Source: Formosa sp. Hel1_33_131
GTDB taxonomy: Bacteria > Bacteroidota > Bacteroidia > Flavobacteriales > Flavobacteriaceae
NCBI RefSeq assembly: GCF_001735745.1
Contig: NZ_CP017260.1
Span: 1,710,001 to 1,742,000, forward strand
DNA: 32,000 nt
Reading direction: 5' to 3'
The notes under the pieces are model-generated. The model ran no database searches, was not told the origin of the DNA, and was given only the letters and a program-made list of their open reading frames with translations. The translations under genes were made by a program, and so were the position numbers. Positions within the stretch are counted from its first letter, which is position 1, and each line of letters begins with the position of its first letter. Shown in pieces: positions 27,863 through 32,000 of this stretch.

Positions 27863-28138
27863 TTAAACAATTGCAAGAATATCACTTTCTCGCATGATTA
27901 GATAATCAGTTCCTTCTAGTTTAAGCTCTGTTCCAGCATATTTTCCGTAAAGTACTGCATCGCCAACCTTTACAGTTGTAGGCTCATCTTTAGTGCCTTT
28001 ACCCACAGCAACCACGGTGCCTTTTTGAGGTTTCTCTTTCGCATTATCAGGGATGATAATTCCAGAAGCGGTTGTTGTTTCAGCCTGCTGTGGTTCTACA
28101 AGAACTCTGTCAGCTAATGGTTTGATATTTAAAGCCAT
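27863..28138 (-). CDS. groES: Co-chaperonin GroES (Cpn10)
   Basis: 91 aa. '[12 protein letters not shown]...[23 protein letters not shown]'. It lies 19 nt upstream of groEL. Confidence 0.97.
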   Translation of the reverse strand: MALNIKPLADRVLVEPQQAETTTASGIIIPDNAKEKPQKGTVVAVGKGTKDEPTTVKVGDAVLYGKYAGTELKLEGTDYLIMRESDILAIV

Positions 28139-28223
28139 ATATTTTAATTTTTAGTGTTGTTAAATTCGTATTTATACTTTCTAAAAGTGTGCCAAGCCCA
28201 TTGAACTGACAAACTTTCAGAAA

Positions 28224-28256
28224 CAAAAAATGTCAACGTGTTGGCGTTGACATTTT
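28224..28256 (-). terminator. Rho-independent terminator after secG
   Basis: 10-bp stem aatgtcaacg / cgttgacatt (28229-28238 / 28245-28254) with a 6-nt loop. On the minus strand it is followed by TTTTTT. It begins 24 nt after the secG stop. Confidence 0.8.
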
Positions 28257-28279
28257 GTAATTTTTATAAAGCATTTGTT

Positions 28280-28645
28280 TTACTCTGAATCCGTTGCTTC
28301 TGGCGTTGAACTCTCTTCAGTAGTTGTCTCTTGAACAGGGACTGCTACAGGTTGAGTTGTTGTTGGTGCTGCATCTAAATCAAGAGCTTTAGATTCTTGA
28401 CTGTTGCTAGGACCTACAATAGCAATATTAGATAGTAAAATTAAGGCCAACAATAATGTTGCGAGTGCCCATGTGCTTTTGTCCAAAAAGTCGGATGTTT
28501 TTTTAACACCACCAACTTGTTGTGTTCCACCACCTCCAAATGAAGAAGACAATCCTCCACCTTTAGGATTTTGAACCATAATAACAACGACTAGTAGAAA
28601 AGCTACGATGACGATAAGGACTAGAAATATAGAAAATGTACTCAT
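28280..28645 (-). CDS. secG: Preprotein translocase subunit SecG, with a Thr/Glu-rich C-terminal extension
   Basis: 121 aa. 'VVIMVQNPKGGGLSSSFGGGG' between two TM helices is the SecG signature. Its start overlaps the upstream stop by 1 nt (TAATG). Confidence 0.9.
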   Translation of the reverse strand: MSTFSIFLVLIVIVAFLLVVVIMVQNPKGGGLSSSFGGGGTQQVGGVKKTSDFLDKSTWALATLLLALILLSNIAIVGPSNSQESKALDLDAAPTTTQPVAVPVQETTTEESSTPEATDSE

Positions 28646-29412
28646 TATAAATTATTTTTTTCTTGTAAGACTTTTATTGCTTGAATTTGGTCTGCAAATA
28701 AACTACTTTTTTCTGGATATTTCAAACTTAAAATACGGTAAGACTGTATTGCTTTATCATAGTTTTTTTGCTCCACGTAGATTCTTGCTAAAGTTTCGGT
28801 CATTAAATCCTCTGTTTCAAAGGCAGAATCCTCCGCAATATTGATGAGTTTCGAGTTTTTGTCAAGAGGTTTTAGTTTGGGCTTATTTGTGATAAACGCA
28901 TCAATAAGCGCAAACTTTTTATCGCGGTTTGACTCTTCTTCAGGTTCAGATGATTCAGAGCGGTCAATCGGCTTTTTTTGTGCCACTCGAAGCCATTCAG
29001 AAAACGAAAAGGTTTCGGTTTTATCAAACTCTAAAGGTTTTCCGAGTTCTAATTTCGATTCAGAATCGTCCACGATCAAAGAAGTGTGAGAAGAAATATC
29101 TTGAAATTCTTCAACTTTAATTGTTTTGATTTGATCAAAATTTTGTTTGATATGTGTCGAAATATCATTCTGTAAAAATACTTCAGAAGTAATAAAATCA
29201 AACAATACCGTGCGATCGGTTGTATGAGCAGCCGTTGTTTTGAGCTCTTGATTGTACTTAAAACTTCCCAGGTCTTTTAAGCCTTTTAAATAGATGGCTC
29301 TGGCTGATTGAAAATAGGGAAACTCCTCAATAATAGCAGACACATGGCTGACTTGATCTTTGTTTAAAGCCGAAGGGTGGTGTAAGAGATATGTAAAATC
29401 TAATGTGTTCAT
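28645..29412 (-). CDS. Hypothetical protein with a C-terminal TPR-like helical pair
   Basis: 255 aa, an uninterrupted ORF packed between the lptE-like gene and secG. 'LARIYVEQKNYDKAIQSYRILSLKYPEKS' looks TPR-like. I cannot support any further assignment. Confidence 0.6.
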   Translation of the reverse strand: MNTLDFTYLLHHPSALNKDQVSHVSAIIEEFPYFQSARAIYLKGLKDLGSFKYNQELKTTAAHTTDRTVLFDFITSEVFLQNDISTHIKQNFDQIKTIKVEEFQDISSHTSLIVDDSESKLELGKPLEFDKTETFSFSEWLRVAQKKPIDRSESSEPEEESNRDKKFALIDAFITNKPKLKPLDKNSKLINIAEDSAFETEDLMTETLARIYVEQKNYDKAIQSYRILSLKYPEKSSLFADQIQAIKVLQEKNNL

Positions 29413-29416
29413 AAAC

Positions 29417-29929
29417 TTACCAATTGGCTAGGGATGCATTTATGACATCCTGGGTGATGCGTTCAAAAATTTCTTCTATCGCCGTTGTTTTTTGGGAACC
29501 TATAAGTTGTGCGCTGCCTGCATAATCATAAAAAAACGAAAACCGTTTTTCAAAATCAGATTCCTCTTCATTTGTATTCGTGAAAATCACATTAACACTA
29601 ATTGTCAATCTGTTTTGTGCGGCTGTATTGCTAGAAGTGGCAGTCGTGGGGGAAATTCTGTACTCAACAATTTCACCTTCGTAAACAATGTCTCCATTCG
29701 AATTAACAAGAACTAAATTGGTTTGATTTAATATCAAATCTTGAAGCGCTATAGTAAAGTCACGTTCTATACCTGGCTCAATAAGAGCTGCGGTATTTTG
29801 AAAATAATTCACCTGAAAGGTCTTTGTGTCGGCACTTAAAGAAATGCCTGTAAAAGAGTAAGCACCACAACCCAAAACAAGGGTGAAAGCACTGATTACT
29901 AAGCTGTATTTTAAAACGTTAAAGGTCAT
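29417..29929 (-). CDS. Small lipoprotein, LptE-family-like
   Basis: 170 aa with lipobox 'FTLVLGC'. Size and position (downstream of the sigma-54 activator, upstream of secG) match the Bacteroidota LptE-family neighbourhood as I recall it. Its start overlaps the activator stop by 11 nt. Confidence 0.5.
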   Translation of the reverse strand: MTFNVLKYSLVISAFTLVLGCGAYSFTGISLSADTKTFQVNYFQNTAALIEPGIERDFTIALQDLILNQTNLVLVNSNGDIVYEGEIVEYRISPTTATSSNTAAQNRLTISVNVIFTNTNEEESDFEKRFSFFYDYAGSAQLIGSQKTTAIEEIFERITQDVINASLANW

Positions 29930-31184
29930 ATTGTTTTATTTTTCGATATAAAGTACGTTCGCTAATTCCCAATTCATCTGCTGCTAATTTACGCTTTCCT
30001 TTGTGACGTTCAAGGGATTTTTTAATAAGTTCTAATTCTTTATCGTGTAGAGATAGCGTTTCTTCTTCCTCTTCAATCGCATCAATATAGGTGTATTTTT
30101 CCTCATGATCCTTTACGATTTCAACGGTATTTTCTTCTTGTGGCTTTGCAGGAAGGGCTAAAAATTCGGATTCTTTTTTGGGTTCTAAGGTTTCGTCTTT
30201 ATTATATATTTTTTCAATTAAACTTTCGTTGTTTTTCTGAACATCACTGTGATTTTCGTTTTTCATCAATTCCATGGTCAGTTTTTTGAGATCGTTCAAA
30301 TCACTTTTCATGTCAAATAAAACCTTGTATAAAATTTCTCTTTCGGTACTAAAATCACTCTGATTTTTATCTTTTCCTTGTACTGTTGGAAAATTACCTC
30401 CCATATTTGGTAAATACGTTTTCAAGGTCAATATATCAATCATTCTTGAAGACTCTAACACGGAGATTTGCTCAGCAACATTTCTGAGCTGTCTCACATT
30501 TCCACTCCATCTATAATTGATGAGGGCTTCAATCGCTTGCTCTTCAAGTCGGATGGTTGGCATTTTATATTTTAAGGCAAAATCACTTGCAAATTTTCTA
30601 AACAACAAATGAATGTCGTCTTTTCGATCCCGAAGCGAAGGCAATAAAATTTCAACCGTACTCAGTCTGTAATAGAGGTCTTCACGAAATTTTTCTTTTT
30701 CAATGGCCTCAAACATATTGACGTTGGTAGCTGCTACAATCCTAACATCTGTTTTTAAAACAGCACTTGAGCCTACTTTTATAAACTCACCATTTTCTAA
30801 AACCCTTAGCAATCGAACTTGCGTCGTTAGGGGAAGTTCCCCGACTTCATCCAAAAAGATAGTGCCTCCATTGGCAACTTCAAAGTAGCCCGAACGGCTT
30901 TGAGTGGCTCCCGTAAAAGCGCCTTTTTCATGTCCAAAAAGTTCACTATCAATAGTGCCTTCTGGAATGGCACCACAATTGACGGCAATATATTTTCCGT
31001 GTTTTCGATGCGAAAGTTGATGAATAATTTTAGGAATACTCTCTTTTCCAACACCACTTTCTCCAGTCACCAAAACCGAAATATCTGTTGGTGCTACCTG
31101 CACGGCTTTTTCTATAGCACGATTCAAACCTGTATCATTTCCAATGATACTAAACCGTTGTTTTATAGATTGAACTGTTTCCAT
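29919..31184 (-). CDS. Sigma-54-dependent transcriptional activator (AAA+ and Fis-type HTH, no N-terminal sensory domain)
   Basis: 421 aa. Walker A 'GESGVGKE', Walker B 'GGTIFLDEVGEL', the sigma-54 contact loop 'GAFTGA', and the C-terminal HTH 'AADELGISERTLYRKIKQY'. Confidence 0.92.
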   Translation of the reverse strand: METVQSIKQRFSIIGNDTGLNRAIEKAVQVAPTDISVLVTGESGVGKESIPKIIHQLSHRKHGKYIAVNCGAIPEGTIDSELFGHEKGAFTGATQSRSGYFEVANGGTIFLDEVGELPLTTQVRLLRVLENGEFIKVGSSAVLKTDVRIVAATNVNMFEAIEKEKFREDLYYRLSTVEILLPSLRDRKDDIHLLFRKFASDFALKYKMPTIRLEEQAIEALINYRWSGNVRQLRNVAEQISVLESSRMIDILTLKTYLPNMGGNFPTVQGKDKNQSDFSTEREILYKVLFDMKSDLNDLKKLTMELMKNENHSDVQKNNESLIEKIYNKDETLEPKKESEFLALPAKPQEENTVEIVKDHEEKYTYIDAIEEEEETLSLHDKELELIKKSLERHKGKRKLAADELGISERTLYRKIKQYDL

Positions 31185-31186
31185 AA

Positions 31187-32000
31187 TTAATTATTTTCAG
31201 ATAAACCAATGGCTTCTCCAATGAGAGTTGCACTTGTGCAACTGTTTATTTTAACGTTTACAAAATTTCCGATTTTATAGTCTTCTTTAGGGAACACGGC
31301 AACTGTGTTTTGTGCACTTCTTCCAGACCATTCTGAAGCAGATTTTTTAGATTCTTTTTCAATCAATACCTCCACCGTTTGGTTTAGAAATTCTTCTGTT
31401 CTGATAAGACCATGAGCGCGTTGTTGCTCCACCACTTCTGCCAGGCGTCTTTTTTTGGTTTCAAAAGGAACGTCGTCTTCGAGTTTTCTTTCGGCCATGG
31501 TTCCTGGGCGTTCGGAATAGGCATACATATACCCAAAACTATACTTAACAACATCCATCAAACTCAAGGTGTCTTGATGGTCTTCTTCCGTTTCGGTTGG
31601 GAATCCACAAATTATATCTTGAGAAATGGTACAATTTGGGAGGATGGCTTTAATGTTGTTGATCAGTTCAATATATTCTTCGCGCGTGTGCTGACGGTTC
31701 ATTTCCTTTAAAATTCGATTGCTTCCACTTTGCACTGGAAGGTGCACGTGATTGCAAATGTTTTGATGTTTTGCCATCGACCGTATTACATCTAAGGACA
31801 TGTCTTGCGGGTTGGAGGTCGAAAATCGAATCCGCATTTTTGGATACGCTTTTGCGCACAGGTCTAAGAGCACTGCAAAGTCAACTGCCGTGGCTTTTTG
31901 CAGGTCCGTTGCCTTCGTAAAATCTTTTTTAAGTCCACCGCCATACCATAAATAGCTATCTACATTTTGCCCTAAAAGGGTCACTTCTTTAAAACCTTTG
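31187..32000 (-). CDS. miaB: tRNA (i6A37) methylthiotransferase MiaB, C-terminal portion; the 5' end is beyond the right edge of the window
   Basis: The frame stays open to the window edge (KGFKE precedes 'VTLLGQNVDSY'). 'HLPVQSGSNRILKEMNR', 'GFPTETEEDH' and a C-terminal TRAM domain 'GNFVNVKI..CTSATLIGE'. Confidence 0.9.
   Translation of the reverse strand, partial: KGFKEVTLLGQNVDSYLWYGGGLKKDFTKATDLQKATAVDFAVLLDLCAKAYPKMRIRFSTSNPQDMSLDVIRSMAKHQNICNHVHLPVQSGSNRILKEMNRQHTREEYIELINNIKAILPNCTISQDIICGFPTETEEDHQDTLSLMDVVKYSFGYMYAYSERPGTMAERKLEDDVPFETKKRRLAEVVEQQRAHGLIRTEEFLNQTVEVLIEKESKKSASEWSGRSAQNTVAVFPKEDYKIGNFVNVKINSCTSATLIGEAIGLSENN

Noticed and set aside
28177-28195. Perfect sigma-54 -24 element 'TTGGCAC' on the minus strand upstream of groES
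   Set aside because: The -12 position reads 'TTAGA' instead of TTGC(A/T), so the essential GC dinucleotide is absent. A lone 6-mer match is expected by chance in 64 kb of two-strand sequence.

Overview
This window looks like a low-GC Bacteroidota chromosome, most likely class Flavobacteriia. The basis is a gldB-gldC gliding pair, a T9SS C-terminal sorting domain, a TonB receptor with a carboxypeptidase-regulatory-like N-terminus, and TAnnTTTG-type -7 boxes. Most of it is tightly packed housekeeping: metH (5'-truncated by the window edge)-metF, a polyprenyl synthase, dnaG, nadE, gldBC, the mreB-mreC-mreD-mrdA-rodA operon, purH, groES-groEL, secG, an lptE-like gene, a sigma-54 activator and miaB (truncated by the right edge). 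I found no rRNA, tRNA, CRISPR array, transposase or integrase. The unusual part is about 18.9-26.1 kb. (1) A roughly 2 kb tandem segmental duplication gives two paralogous lipoproteins. One carries an intact metzincin motif (HEVGHCFGAKH plus an SVMY Met-turn). The other has the catalytic Glu replaced by Val (HVIGHTLGAFH). (2) An in-frame 9-bp repeat containing ATG sits on both start codons, with 10 stacked ATGs in one copy and 4 in the other. (3) A decayed copy of the downstream small Cys-motif gene lies between the paralogs. (4) Next comes an intact three-gene module of a small HFC/CC protein, a TonB-dependent receptor and a periplasmic HMA protein, and all three carry vicinal-Cys or CxxC motifs. 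(5) A degenerate toxin-antitoxin remnant follows. Together these suggest, by inference only, an uncharacterised outer-membrane metal-acquisition locus that uses surface metzincin-fold lipoproteins. Elsewhere, DnaG lacks all four canonical zinc-ribbon ligands, and a 137-bp nested palindromic hairpin element sits between metF and a T9SS cargo gene. All family assignments come from motifs read by eye and from memory of the families. No searches were run.
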